Virus record (IMG/VR): IMGVR_UViG_3300037247_001169
Coordinates: 8,881 to 72,880 of that record
Length of the DNA stretch: 64,000 nucleotides
Strand: one strand, 5' to 3'
Origin: a virus
Shown: one piece after another, positions 19,297 through 29,430 of the stretch
How the letters are laid out: the number at the start of each line of letters is the position of its first letter
How positions within the stretch are numbered: position 1 is the first letter of the stretch
The notes under the pieces: generated by a model
The model's input: the letters and a program-made list of their open reading frames with translations, nothing else
Database searches by the model: none
Told to the model about the DNA's origin: nothing
Translations under genes and position numbers: made by a program

Positions 19297-20496
19297 CTAT
19301 GGCAAAGTGCCGTCGACCGTCACCACGTGATTGATCCGCGTGAGGGCCGGATGAACCGGGCGACGGTCACTGTTGTCTGTCATCACACCCATGCGCTCGC
19401 TGCGATGGAGTCGGCGGTCGAGCTGCATGCTCTTTTGGAGCATTTGCCGATACCGCTCCCACTTCTCGCCGCGGCGATCGTTCTTGTCGTTCTCTGCGGC
19501 CGCCAGACAGGCGTACTTGATCGTGTCGCCGTGCAACATGCCGCCTACGGGAAACTCGTCACTGGTGATCTGGTCGATCAGCAGGATTTCCTGAAAGTAC
19601 GCCGTGTAGTTGCTGTCCGGTATGCGATAGACGAGCAGATCCCATCGCTGGCCGTCCGTAGCATCCGTTCCCGACACCGGCCGCTGGGCTGCAAGCGTCG
19701 GCCGGGCGGCGCTCGTACTCCGTTGAAGCAGCTCGGCCACCTGGCGTTCGCTGACCAAGTCGATCGGCGAATAAGATCCCGCATTGTTCTGGAAAGTGAT
19801 CGGTCCGACGATCCCGCCGAAGGCGTCGGGCATACGATAGACGCCGTCGGCCGTGACCGAAAAGAACTTCGCGGAAATCGTCGGGCTGGGCGTCGCCGAG
19901 AGCGTCACGACCGTCGAACTCGTGTACGCACTGATCGTGTACTCCCGGTAGACCTTGAACGTATCGCCGGCGTTGGATGTCGTGCTCGTCGCGTTCCCAC
20001 TGAGCTTGACAATCGTCGTGCTCGTCACGGATGCGATCGTGTACGTCTCTCCCGATGTATCGAAAACGAGCTTGGCCCCGACGTCGTCACTGCTCGTCGT
20101 GAAAATCGCAGATGTAGCCGTCAGGGTCGTTTCGCCCGTCGCGAACGCCGCCGCCCCGTCGTCCGTCCCCGACAACGCATTGATCTTGACCTTGCGGCCG
20201 ACCATCGTCGCGAAGAACGAAGCGGCGGTCGCGGTCAACGTCGCCGTGCTGCTCGACGCGGTAACCGTTGACTCGGCAACCGTCGCCCACAGAGTCACGT
20301 CGACCACCGGAGACAGAAACGACCAGTTGAAGGCCCCGAGGAAATCACGCATGCCCTCGCCGAAGTACGCATCTACGTCCGCACCTTCATCGGCGGTCAA
20401 TCCCGCCGTGGTGTCCGCTAGGCGCGTATACCCCAGGTAATGGGCGATCGCCTGGCGGATCGTGCTGAACTTCAGACTGAGTGTCGATTCAGCCAT
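19297..20496 (-). CDS. Head-tail adaptor / tail tubular protein A with Thr-rich insertion
   Basis: N-terminal helices plus W-FL motif, Y-MP-aFGGI--P, C-terminal helices; follows capsid genes. Confidence 0.6.
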   Translation of the reverse strand: MAESTLSLKFSTIRQAIAHYLGYTRLADTTAGLTADEGADVDAYFGEGMRDFLGAFNWSFLSPVVDVTLWATVAESTVTASSSTATLTATAASFFATMVGRKVKINALSGTDDGAAAFATGETTLTATSAIFTTSSDDVGAKLVFDTSGETYTIASVTSTTIVKLSGNATSTTSNAGDTFKVYREYTISAYTSSTVVTLSATPSPTISAKFFSVTADGVYRMPDAFGGIVGPITFQNNAGSYSPIDLVSERQVAELLQRSTSAARPTLAAQRPVSGTDATDGQRWDLLVYRIPDSNYTAYFQEILLIDQITSDEFPVGGMLHGDTIKYACLAAAENDKNDRRGEKWERYRQMLQKSMQLDRRLHRSERMGVMTDNSDRRPVHPALTRINHVVTVDGTLP

Positions 20497-20507
20497 GTCG
20501 GTCAATC

Positions 20508-20554
20508 AAAAAACGGCGGGGGCGGGCGCGGACAAACACGTCCGCACCCCGCCG
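20508..20554 (-). terminator. Intrinsic terminator after capsid genes
   Basis: CGGCGGGG-TGCGGAC...GTCCGCG...CCCCGCCG followed by TTTTTT. Confidence 0.75.
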
Positions 20555-20563
20555 CACTAGCGC

Positions 20564-21400
20564 CTACGTTATGGGCATCGCGATAACCTTCACCCAATCG
20601 ACAAACAAATTGCCGGGAGTCGCGCCCGCCTCATTACACAGAAGCACGCCCAATTCCTGGTCGCCCGGGAAGTTGGTCGTGTCGGTGATGGTGTTGGCCT
20701 TGCTTCCGACCGTGTTGTAATCCTCCTGGGTCTCCTTCGCACCATCGAAAAAGATTTCCAGGAAGCGGTCCTGACGATTCGTCGGGTCCCACAAGAACCC
20801 GGTCTTGACATACTGGTCGGCAACCAGGGTCTTCGCGTCAACTTCCATGACAACGTCGGTGCCGTTCTCCTTGTTGAAGATCGGCTCACACTGATCACCG
20901 TCGGCCTCCAAACGCGAGAAGCCGATGTAGTCCACGTTTTGCATGGTTCCATCGGCAGCTATGATGCCTTCGTCCTTGACGAGACCCTCTTCGGTGAGGC
21001 CCACGAACACACCGAACGTCGTGTTCGCGATCGTGTTGACCTTCCACCGTGCCTCGAACCAGACCCGATGATCCGCGTCCAACTTGACGAAGCTGCCGGC
21101 GTTTCCGTCCGTCCCGATGACCGCAGTCTCGTCGGCCGTATCGGCACTGATTTGCATCACACCGCCGACGGCTGTTGCAATCGTGTTCAGGGTCCCGCCC
21201 GAATCGGCCGCCCCCGCCCACTTATGCAGAACGGTATCGGCCGCCCCCAAAACCGGGAAGTTGATGAAGTCCTCCCAGAAATACCAGCCGCGGATTCGAC
21301 TTGCAAGTATGGCTTCGATCGGACACAAGTGCCACAGTTCCGGCGTTGGAGCCGCAGCGGCCGAGCCGGTCGTAACACCATAAGGTAATACGCCTCTCAT
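20564..21400 (-). CDS. Capsid decoration / minor capsid protein
   Basis: Directly after major capsid gene; AGGAGG RBS; WFEARWKV motif. Confidence 0.6.
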   Translation of the reverse strand: MRGVLPYGVTTGSAAAAPTPELWHLCPIEAILASRIRGWYFWEDFINFPVLGAADTVLHKWAGAADSGGTLNTIATAVGGVMQISADTADETAVIGTDGNAGSFVKLDADHRVWFEARWKVNTIANTTFGVFVGLTEEGLVKDEGIIAADGTMQNVDYIGFSRLEADGDQCEPIFNKENGTDVVMEVDAKTLVADQYVKTGFLWDPTNRQDRFLEIFFDGAKETQEDYNTVGSKANTITDTTNFPGDQELGVLLCNEAGATPGNLFVDWVKVIAMPIT

Positions 21401-21415
21401 CACTGCACCTCCTTT

Positions 21416-22459
21416 CTATTCGCCGAACGGGGCTGCCTTCGCACCCACGAAGTGGGCACGGAACAGCTCGTTGGCAAAGTTCCAAGAATGGTCCAAGTGT
21501 TTCTCGACCACGTTGTGCTGCTTCGGCGCCTCACGCGGACCGGTCTCGCGCATGTTGTTGTTGCGCAAGATGCCGATGTAGAAGTGCGTGAGGTTGATCC
21601 CGTAGAACGGGTTGCTGCTGGCAGCCGCTCCGTCATCGAGGTAAGGAACCCAAGTAATCGGAATGCGTTTGAACGACGTCGCGTCCATCGTCACGGCCAC
21701 ATCGAAGCCGATGTTGTCGTTTCGCTGGCGGGCCATCGCTTCGATGGCCTTGAGGGTCGTCTCGTCCGTGAAGAAGGCGTAGTTCTGGATATTCACGCCC
21801 TCGACGCGCGGAGGTGGACGGAATCTCACCTTTCGGAACGCCGTCGAAGTCAGCGAATACCAGTCGTCTTCGCTGACGAGCGTGTACGTGTACGCCCAAT
21901 TCTTCTGGTTGGGCTCGGCCGCCGGATCGATGCCGTACTTGTCCGTATGACCCGACGCGAGACTGCCGGTGAAGCCGTCCGTGCCGTTCCAGATGACCGA
22001 ATACGGAATGCCGTGGGGCATGAGCACATCGGAAGCGCCGGGCACCTGCCAGGCGCCGGTCTCGATGTCCTCGGCCACGTCGACGAACAATCCGTCGTCC
22101 TGGACTGCGACGAGATCCACGATCTCTTCCGCGGGGCTCGCCATGTCTAGTTCGCGAATGTCGATACCCCAACTGCGATTGATATGCCGCCACTGAACTT
22201 CGCCGGCCGTAATGTGCTTCCCTCGATCGACGTTGTCCTCCTCGTACAACTGGACATAACCGCTCCCGCCTTGGGTGCGGTTCATCACGTTGAACTTGAA
22301 GGACTTCCCGCCCTTGGTCCTAGACCGACCTCCGTCCAGCAACATGCGGACGATCGGATAGTCCTGGTAGGCCTGGGCCACCTGGACCCAGTTCCCTCGA
22401 TCGAGGTCTGAAAGCACGCCGGCGGCCAGATCGGCGATCTGACTCGGCGTAAAAGGCAT
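21416..22459 (-). CDS. Major capsid protein
   Basis: 347 aa after portal and scaffold; AGAGGAG RBS; pattern consistent with HK97-fold capsid proteins. Confidence 0.8.
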   Translation of the reverse strand: MPFTPSQIADLAAGVLSDLDRGNWVQVAQAYQDYPIVRMLLDGGRSRTKGGKSFKFNVMNRTQGGSGYVQLYEEDNVDRGKHITAGEVQWRHINRSWGIDIRELDMASPAEEIVDLVAVQDDGLFVDVAEDIETGAWQVPGASDVLMPHGIPYSVIWNGTDGFTGSLASGHTDKYGIDPAAEPNQKNWAYTYTLVSEDDWYSLTSTAFRKVRFRPPPRVEGVNIQNYAFFTDETTLKAIEAMARQRNDNIGFDVAVTMDATSFKRIPITWVPYLDDGAAASSNPFYGINLTHFYIGILRNNNMRETGPREAPKQHNVVEKHLDHSWNFANELFRAHFVGAKAAPFGE

Positions 22460-22471
22460 TGGTTATCTCCT

Positions 22472-23314
22472 CTAGGGAGCCGTGCCCATTTCGGCCATCT
22501 GCAGCCTTCGCACACTTTGTGTGGCTTTCTCGCGGCCGCTCTGGGCGGGCTCTTCTTCTCGGGACCTCGGACGTTCCGAAGTCCGGTCCACGCCCCGTTG
22601 GACTCTGCCACCGAGGGCCTTCCGTTCCATCTCGGCCAAGCGCGAGAAGTACAAACTCCCCAGCGCCCGCTGGAACGCTTCGCCGTAGTCGGCGGTCCCG
22701 AGCTGCTGCATGGCACCAACGTGCTGGCGCAGCCTGTCGAGTTCCTTGGCATTCCGGGCGTTCGGAGGCCCGAGCACGGGATGCCAGTCTTCGCCAAGCG
22801 CGTTGACCTGCTCGTTGAATGTCATGCGCCCGACGGTATCGTTCATCCCCGTAATCCGGTTCACCAGCTCGCCGATCGCGGTCATCATCTGGACCGACTG
22901 ATTGGCATAATGGCTGTTGATCCCGTTCAGGGCGTTGATCACGTTTTCGTCCACATCATCCTTGTTCAACTCCAGCGCGGCCGCGAACTGCATCGGGTCG
23001 ATCTGGCCGGCCTGCTGTTGGTCGGCACCGACTTGTTGCTGTTGCTGGCCCGGGATACCGGCCGTGGCCGCCCGATCGGCGGCGCGCAAGACCATCGAGA
23101 GATTGGCCGGGCCGAGCGCGTCGATCTCGCCCTGGTCGAAGCCGAGCGATTGGGCGCGGCTAAGGGCCGCAGGGTCGAACTGCGGCGCGGCATCGGTTCG
23201 CTCGCCGGTTTGCGTATCCTGGGTAATGACATCCGCCGCCACTCCCGTCTGCTGGTCTGCGTTGTCGACGTTCGTTGCTTGATCTGGTTCCGGCACGATT
23301 GTCTCCCTATCCAA
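22472..23314 (-). CDS. Scaffolding protein
   Basis: Acidic/disordered N-terminus, helical, directly upstream of capsid gene. Confidence 0.6.
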   Translation of the reverse strand: MDRETIVPEPDQATNVDNADQQTGVAADVITQDTQTGERTDAAPQFDPAALSRAQSLGFDQGEIDALGPANLSMVLRAADRAATAGIPGQQQQQVGADQQQAGQIDPMQFAAALELNKDDVDENVINALNGINSHYANQSVQMMTAIGELVNRITGMNDTVGRMTFNEQVNALGEDWHPVLGPPNARNAKELDRLRQHVGAMQQLGTADYGEAFQRALGSLYFSRLAEMERKALGGRVQRGVDRTSERPRSREEEPAQSGREKATQSVRRLQMAEMGTAP

Positions 23315-23663
23315 AATAACTGTCTTTGTTATGGGCCTTCATGTACTTGTTGAACTTCCGCTGGTGCGCCATGTCTCTCATCAGCGGATTCCCGTCCTTG
23401 TTGAACGTAGTCGGCACACCATGCGCCGCCGCGTCTTTCATCGCCGTAAACCGATCGTCGGGATGCACGCCCATGGAGTACGATTCGATGGGCCAGCCCC
23501 TCGTAACGCCACGAAGTTCCTTTGGGCGCGACAACCATTCGGCAGGTATACACCGCTGACCCATCTCTCCGTCGTCGAAGCGGACGGCCATGGGCGCCGT
23601 GCCTATCGGGAAGTCCTTCGTCCTGACTTCACCCGACGACAACTTGAAGCAATAGGTGCTCAT
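23307..23663 (-). CDS. Small protein between portal and scaffold
   Basis: ATG overlapping portal stop (MSTYCFK...; WPIES-SMGVHP). Confidence 0.6.
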   Translation of the reverse strand: MSTYCFKLSSGEVRTKDFPIGTAPMAVRFDDGEMGQRCIPAEWLSRPKELRGVTRGWPIESYSMGVHPDDRFTAMKDAAAHGVPTTFNKDGNPLMRDMAHQRKFNKYMKAHNKDSYFG

Positions 23664-25426
23664 TGTGCACCCCCGACCGTATTGGCCTGCCCGGCACCCG
23701 ATAGAAGCCGAGACATAAGCTGGGTCTCGTCGAGATCCCCTCCCTGCTGACGACCGTCGGCGGCGCCACCCGCTTGTTGGCCGAACGGTTGGGGCCGACC
23801 CGCGGCCGGCGCGGGCGTCGGGGCGCCCTGAAGATCCATCTCGGACGGCTTGAACCGGACCATCTGTCGCAGCTCGGGGAAGTTCGCCAGGCGAGAGACC
23901 CCGTCGTAGAAGCCGTTGAAATCGGGGGCTATGTTCTGGGCGGCGAGCATCGGCGCCGCCTGCATCGTCCGGTCCCACATCGCGAACATCAGTTGGAGCT
24001 TGTCGGCCGGGGTCTGCCGCCGCATGCTGAACGGCTCGACCGTGATGTCATACTCCACCAAGTCGCCTTCGCGCGTCTCCGGGCTCCACAGCTCGCTGGT
24101 ATAGAAGTCCGTATCTGCGATCCGCCGATAGACGACATCCTCGCGCAACTCCTCCGTCCACTCGTACCAGGCGCATGCCTGAACGATGTCCTGTGTGAAT
24201 TCGGCGAACCGATCCTGCATGGCGCCCACCCGTTCGTCCGACGAACCCTTGACGATTTTTTCCTGGGTCGCCGTATCCGTGATCTGACCGAAGCCGGCGA
24301 TTACGTCCGTCCCCGACCGCCGCTTGAACAGGCCGTGTGCGTGGATCGCCATGGCAATGGTTTGCCCTGACGCCCCGCCGACTTTGATGCGCTGGACCGG
24401 GTCTTGGACATCGCTGCGTATCGAGTCGCCATCGACAGCATCGAGAACGCGCCGGAACGTGTCTTCCGCTTCGCCCTGATAGGTGAAAACCTCTTTCTCG
24501 CGCTCGCCCTGGCGGAATATCTTCCGGTAGATGCGGTTCACGAAGTCGTCCAGGTCCCACAACGTGTAAGCCGGGGCCAACGGCCAGAGTTGGCCGGGCA
24601 CATCCTGGAACGACAAGACGCGATAGGGGCCGCCTTCCGGCCCGTCGAACGGCACGATCCGTAGCGGTTTCTCGGCATTGAGCGACATCGTGACGACGAG
24701 ATTGCTCTCCGGAAGCCAGACGTGATAGACATCCACCCGCTGGCGGAAGCGCTCTTCGTATTGGCCCTTCCCCAAACTCAAGGTCTGTTCGCGCTCGATG
24801 TTGGTATCGTCTTTCGAGCCGAACGTCCCGCTTCTAAGCTGGTCCACCGCGTCCTGGTCGTAGAGCGGGTTGTCCTGGAAGTGTTCCAACGGGCGACGGA
24901 ACTTGTCGCCCATGAAATCCATCAGCTCCCGCTCGTCGGGCGACATATCCCAAACCAGGTTGGCATGATGGATGTTGTCGACGAACGGCTGACCGACGTT
25001 ATGCATGTAACCGCCGATGCGATTGCGCCGATCCGCCTCGACCCCGATCCGGACAACGCCCGGGCCGAACACCGCGTTCACGATGGCGCCGCGCAATGTC
25101 GCCGCCAGGTTGATCTCCTGGATCAGCTTGTTGAGTCGCCGCTCGAATGTCTGGGCTTGCGGCAGCAGCCCCTCGATGAACGTGCTGACCAGGACCTGCG
25201 GATTCCGGGCGGCGATGGCCATGCTGAGCACGCTGGCCAATTCTTCCATCCCGTTGACCGGGACGCGGTCGTGCTCGTTCTTGGACGTGTGACCGTAGTG
25301 CGGGCCGACCATCTGCCGTTTCGCCATCATCGCGAACTCGATAAACGGCTTCATCTGCTTGCGGGCGTACTTGACCGAATTCTTCAGCCGGTCAAAGTCT
25401 TTTTCGTTGTCAGGATCGAACGGCAC
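23660..25426 (-). CDS. Portal protein
   Basis: 588 aa after terminase; G-GVVRIG, EGGPY--L-F--VPGQ-WP, TATQE motifs; Q-rich tail. Confidence 0.8.
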   Translation of the reverse strand: MPFDPDNEKDFDRLKNSVKYARKQMKPFIEFAMMAKRQMVGPHYGHTSKNEHDRVPVNGMEELASVLSMAIAARNPQVLVSTFIEGLLPQAQTFERRLNKLIQEINLAATLRGAIVNAVFGPGVVRIGVEADRRNRIGGYMHNVGQPFVDNIHHANLVWDMSPDERELMDFMGDKFRRPLEHFQDNPLYDQDAVDQLRSGTFGSKDDTNIEREQTLSLGKGQYEERFRQRVDVYHVWLPESNLVVTMSLNAEKPLRIVPFDGPEGGPYRVLSFQDVPGQLWPLAPAYTLWDLDDFVNRIYRKIFRQGEREKEVFTYQGEAEDTFRRVLDAVDGDSIRSDVQDPVQRIKVGGASGQTIAMAIHAHGLFKRRSGTDVIAGFGQITDTATQEKIVKGSSDERVGAMQDRFAEFTQDIVQACAWYEWTEELREDVVYRRIADTDFYTSELWSPETREGDLVEYDITVEPFSMRRQTPADKLQLMFAMWDRTMQAAPMLAAQNIAPDFNGFYDGVSRLANFPELRQMVRFKPSEMDLQGAPTPAPAAGRPQPFGQQAGGAADGRQQGGDLDETQLMSRLLSGAGQANTVGGAQ

Positions 25427-25685
25427 GCTGTTTCAATCTCTCTACTAGGGCTGCAACCTCATCCACGACCTTGTCGTCCGGATCGAAGCACACCGCCCCG
25501 AAATAGGTCACCTCGCTGACCTCGGGATCGTCTCGCAGGCTGATGCGGCAATGTCCGTCATCGCCTTCGAGTTTGACCACGAACTCCTTGAGCATGCGCA
25601 ACCCCGCCAGGATGCCACATACCCATTCCCTCGCAGCGCGATTTACGGCCTCTCGTGCTTCCATGTAGCCTTCCAGCGCAAACAA
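25410..25685 (-). CDS. Hypothetical protein
   Basis: ORF between terminase and portal, overlapping portal start. Confidence 0.45.
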   Translation of the reverse strand: MFALEGYMEAREAVNRAAREWVCGILAGLRMLKEFVVKLEGDDGHCRISLRDDPEVSEVTYFGAVCFDPDDKVVDEVAALVERLKQRAVRS

Positions 25686-25722
25686 AAAGGGCAGTACAGT
25701 GGTACGGCACCGTACTACCCTT
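25684..25722 (-). terminator. Terminator-like hairpin downstream of terminase
   Basis: AAGGGTAGTACGGTG-loop-CACTGTACTGCCCTT followed by a T-run. Confidence 0.6.
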
Positions 25723-25779
25723 CAGTTTGCCAACTGTTGCCCGGCTCAGGAGCGACCCTTGCCGAGGGAATCCCTCAAT

Positions 25780-27666
25780 TCACCAAAGCGCCTTACTCCG
25801 CTCCGCTTTCTCCCGTTCCTTTATCCTCCCACCCACGCTATCCGTCGGGATCTGCGCCGGCCGTTGCTCGGCGGCCAAAAGTTTAGCCTGTTTTTCGAGT
25901 GGCTTCAAGAGCATCCAGGCTCCGGCATCGGCGATCACCAGGTCACCGTGGTTTTTCTTCTTGCCGGACGCACTGACCTCTCCCAAGGCCGTGGAATGCT
26001 CGACCGTCCCGCGGTCCGTCCATTTGTACTCTACACACTCGCGGACCGCCTCTTCGTCTCGGTTAGTGATCCGCCCACTGCCCAGGGCTCCGTTATAACT
26101 CAATAGCATGCGCTGCTTAGCATCGCCGCCAGACGGCCACCCGTCCTTTCCCGATTCCTTCCCCCGCTTGTCGCGGTATTTGTAGAATCGGGAATATCCC
26201 AATTCGTGAATTTCGTCCGAGAAAGAGTCCCCCACGCCCTGCATTTCAAACCACAACTTCGGATTGTGGAACCACCGCAGAATCGGGAAGCAATACCTGG
26301 CGAACTTAGCCGGGCTCATTACGTTAGTTTTCACACGAGCGACCTTCTCCATCTTGTCGCTCCAAATGGACAAACAACTATCAGACGCACCCGTTCCGGC
26401 TGACACGTCAACGGCCGCAACGTACTCTTGATCGGACTGCGGTCTTCCTCCCAGCAGGTTCAGCCATAGCAACAGGTTGCCGCCGGGGCTTTCGATGAAC
26501 TCGTCGAACGCGAAATCGTGTTCATCGTAGCTGAGTTCACCTTGCCAGAACGGTTTCCGACAATCTCGTTTGACCACCGCCTCAATCTCCTCCGGCTCGA
26601 AAAAAGGGTCGCCCGACCTGAGGAAGTCGATGTCCATTTCCTGGGCGATGAGCGATTCGACGCCCAGCTTCAGACATCCGTTGTCGTAGTACGGACTGCG
26701 GACCGCCGATTTGCCGAGGCCGTTGACACCCCACGGATAGTGGTCCCGCGCCAGATCGTCGTCATCACCCCCGATTGTGATCTCGCCGAACCGCTCTTTG
26801 ATGTAACGGACCTTCGCCTTCGCCCAGAACGACTCGTCAATGAACCTCGGGTCGCCCTTGGCCATCCGATAGGCGCCCTGGTAGTGCTCGGGATGATCCG
26901 TCCAGTGGAGCTGGAGGATATTGCGATTCTTGTCGTGGGCCAGCCGGTAGAACTCGCCGCCGATACCGTTCGGCGTGCTCGGGACGATAGCGCAGTTCGT
27001 GTTGCCTACGATCGACGCCCAAGCCTTACGCGAATCGAGCGGATCGATGAACGCGAATTCGTCGGAAACGACAGCCGTCTTACGCCCGCCGCGGCCCATG
27101 TTGCCGGTCGTCGACGTTCCCATGATGTTGCTGCCCGTCGCCCAATTGACATAGCTGAGCTTGGCGCGTCCCAGACCGCCGGTCATCCACTCGGGAAGAT
27201 GGTCGTGAACGAAGTCCAGCTTGGCGAACAGGCAATCCGGGTCGCCCTTCTTGTCCACCATGTCCTCGGTACGGCTGACCAACAGGAACGTCTGCAAGCG
27301 GCGAAACAAGAACCGGCGATCGATCGGCAACAGGACCATCCACGTCGCACCGATATACCGGCTCTTGGGGAGGATGACGTTGCGCCGCCCGATCGACGCA
27401 TCGATCTCCAGCAGCGCCTTCTCCTGAAACGGGTAGGCGATAAACGGACGGAGCGGATGATCGGCATGTTCCCGGGGATTGAACGTCCAGACGAACGTGT
27501 CGATCCAGAAGAGCAGGTCCCGGCTACAGCAGTCGATCACCGTCTGGCGGTTCGACTCCGATTGCAACGCCCACTTCTCCATGTGGAGGCGCCAACGGAG
27601 GTTCGCCCTGAAGTCACGAGGGACGGCCTGGGCCGGTTCAGCAGTTTCCAACTCCGACAGCAACAT
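25780..27666 (-). CDS. terL: Terminase large subunit
   Basis: YPFQ adenine motif, KSRYIGATW Walker A, GRGGR...SDEFA Walker B, STPNG motif III, RNase H-like VDVSAG..D and HGDLVIA. Confidence 0.92.
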   Translation of the reverse strand: MLLSELETAEPAQAVPRDFRANLRWRLHMEKWALQSESNRQTVIDCCSRDLLFWIDTFVWTFNPREHADHPLRPFIAYPFQEKALLEIDASIGRRNVILPKSRYIGATWMVLLPIDRRFLFRRLQTFLLVSRTEDMVDKKGDPDCLFAKLDFVHDHLPEWMTGGLGRAKLSYVNWATGSNIMGTSTTGNMGRGGRKTAVVSDEFAFIDPLDSRKAWASIVGNTNCAIVPSTPNGIGGEFYRLAHDKNRNILQLHWTDHPEHYQGAYRMAKGDPRFIDESFWAKAKVRYIKERFGEITIGGDDDDLARDHYPWGVNGLGKSAVRSPYYDNGCLKLGVESLIAQEMDIDFLRSGDPFFEPEEIEAVVKRDCRKPFWQGELSYDEHDFAFDEFIESPGGNLLLWLNLLGGRPQSDQEYVAAVDVSAGTGASDSCLSIWSDKMEKVARVKTNVMSPAKFARYCFPILRWFHNPKLWFEMQGVGDSFSDEIHELGYSRFYKYRDKRGKESGKDGWPSGGDAKQRMLLSYNGALGSGRITNRDEEAVRECVEYKWTDRGTVEHSTALGEVSASGKKKNHGDLVIADAGAWMLLKPLEKQAKLLAAEQRPAQIPTDSVGGRIKEREKAERSKALW

Positions 27667-28336
27667 CAGCAGTTCCCATCATTGCATCCAAAACATCCCG
27701 TTCGGCAAACAGTTCTCTCGTCACCTCCACGTGACTCCGGCCGCTGTCCGATAACGACGTGCGCCCCCTGGCCTTGCGCTCCTCATGCTTGTCATAGTCG
27801 TCCCAGAACTTGGCCTGGTCGCCCTTCGCCCACTCCAGCATGTTGAGGGCGGTTCGCGACGGGATATCGGCGGGATCCAAAGCAAGAATGTCAACTTCCG
27901 CGAAAAGGTGCTCTGCAACCCACTCTATGCCCGGCACGGAACCCTTCTTGCCCGCCAGTTCCCTGTGAAGTTCAATCCGCGACATGCCCTCGACGGCAGC
28001 ACAGTCGCGCTTGGCCTTGCGCTTTTTCCGAACGGCACGTTGGCGCTCGCTCTTGGTGTATTCGCCTGTTTCCCTAAGTGTTTTACGGCTCGGAACCTGA
28101 TCTGCAACTTCGACGATCGCCCGACGCCATGCTTCCCGAACACTCAATCCGCCGCGCTTCAGTGCGTCGCGCTTGCGAGTGAAACCCGTCCAGAAATCGA
28201 CGCCCAACCTCATGCCGAGCCTCGCGGCCTCGCGCTTGTCCTCTTTGCAATCGAACTCGAGGTGCTTCTGGTCGAGCCAGCGATCTCGGCTGGTGGGCTC
28301 GTAGTTTTCGTCGTTGTGTGTCTGGAGGTCAGGCAT
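27638..28336 (-). CDS. Putative terminase small subunit
   Basis: Immediately upstream of and overlapping terL; positional inference only. Confidence 0.45.
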   Translation of the reverse strand: MPDLQTHNDENYEPTSRDRWLDQKHLEFDCKEDKREAARLGMRLGVDFWTGFTRKRDALKRGGLSVREAWRRAIVEVADQVPSRKTLRETGEYTKSERQRAVRKKRKAKRDCAAVEGMSRIELHRELAGKKGSVPGIEWVAEHLFAEVDILALDPADIPSRTALNMLEWAKGDQAKFWDDYDKHEERKARGRTSLSDSGRSHVEVTRELFAERDVLDAMMGTADVAVGVGNC

Positions 28337-28817
28337 GTTCCAAATACTTCTCTGCCGCGCTCATGGCCATCGCAGCCGATTCGGAGGACACTGACATGTT
28401 CACAATGTAACGGCCGCGGCCGCCATAATCGCGCCAGATGGCCGGCCAGACAATGAGGGCCAATCGAACAAGCTCTGCCGGGTGTCCTCGAGCCTTGATG
28501 AGAAAACAGTCGGCGGCTTCCTGCGCGTCTTTCGCCGCATTCGCAAACCGTTCGTCGCCGATTCTGTACCGACCGCCCGCACGCTCCATAGTGCACGGCC
28601 AAATGTGCTCGACGATCGCCTGCCGGCTCGGGAGCCCGGGATCTTTACAATCGTCCTCGGCTTCCGCCTTCTGGTTCTTGACGATCCCGTAGACGTACTG
28701 GATCGCACACCCGGCCTCCTTGGCTGCCTCAGATGGGCTTTTGCCCATCGCCAGGGCCGCTAGAACCACATCCTTCTTGGACGATGACTGAACCTGCCCC
28801 GTCGCCACTTCGTTCAT
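28329..28817 (-). CDS. Helix-turn-helix protein
   Basis: LAMGKSPSEAAKEAGCAIQYVY HTH pattern. Confidence 0.65.
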   Translation of the reverse strand: MNEVATGQVQSSSKKDVVLAALAMGKSPSEAAKEAGCAIQYVYGIVKNQKAEAEDDCKDPGLPSRQAIVEHIWPCTMERAGGRYRIGDERFANAAKDAQEAADCFLIKARGHPAELVRLALIVWPAIWRDYGGRGRYIVNMSVSSESAAMAMSAAEKYLEHA

Positions 28818-29100
28818 CGAATCGCTCCTGTAACTGGATCACCGCCGCATTGAGGGTCAGGCATTGCCTGGACAGGAAAAACACTGCGTCCTCGAGGTAA
28901 AGCACGAGTTCCGGCGTGACCGGCACGCCTGGCCGTAGAGATGGTTTCCCCGGAACACGGATCTGCTTTTGGGCTGCGAGCGCCGCTACGTGCTTGGCCT
29001 CCACCAATTGCGTGTGGACCGTGTGGATCCGCCCGTACATCTGCTTCTCGGGCGAAGCGCCCTTGCCATTCCCGTCAGACGGCCTTTCGTTCAGCCTCAT
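28729..29100 (-). CDS. Hypothetical protein
   Basis: ORF in packaging operon. Confidence 0.45.
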   Translation of the reverse strand: MRLNERPSDGNGKGASPEKQMYGRIHTVHTQLVEAKHVAALAAQKQIRVPGKPSLRPGVPVTPELVLYLEDAVFFLSRQCLTLNAAVIQLQERFDERSGDGAGSVIVQEGCGSSGPGDGQKPI

Positions 29101-29341
29101 ACGTTCGCTCGCATTCGTCGGGGTCTCCGTGGACGTAAAGCACCAGCTTCCCGTAGTTGACGGGGATCAACGGCAGACCGCACCGATGGCACAGCGGCCG
29201 TTCCACCTCTGGGTCGGTCAAGATGTCATCTACCAGCGTTTCCATTCCGGTCATCCACGGGCGCGGGCTCCTGCCCAAGTGGCGCCCCAGGTTACACGGG
29301 CAAGGCAGTGCAACCGACCCCGACCTGGGAGCAATCCGCAA

Positions 29342-29398
29342 TGTATCCTATGGATACACATTCAAGCAAAGTGTATCCTATGGATACACTTTCGTCAA
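29342..29398 (-). promoter_or_regulatory. Promoter overlapped by two palindromic operators
   Basis: TTGACG-17-TACACT; TGTATCCTATGGATACA at 29342 and 29372. Confidence 0.7.
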
Positions 29399-29430
29399 GC
29401 CGAGTGTTTCATGTGCGTGGAATCACGCAG

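Noticed and set aside
7699-27846. Long plus-strand ORFs antisense to structural genes (e.g. 8953..10962, 26518..27846)
   Set aside because: Shadow ORFs typical of high-GC coding DNA; no recognisable motifs.
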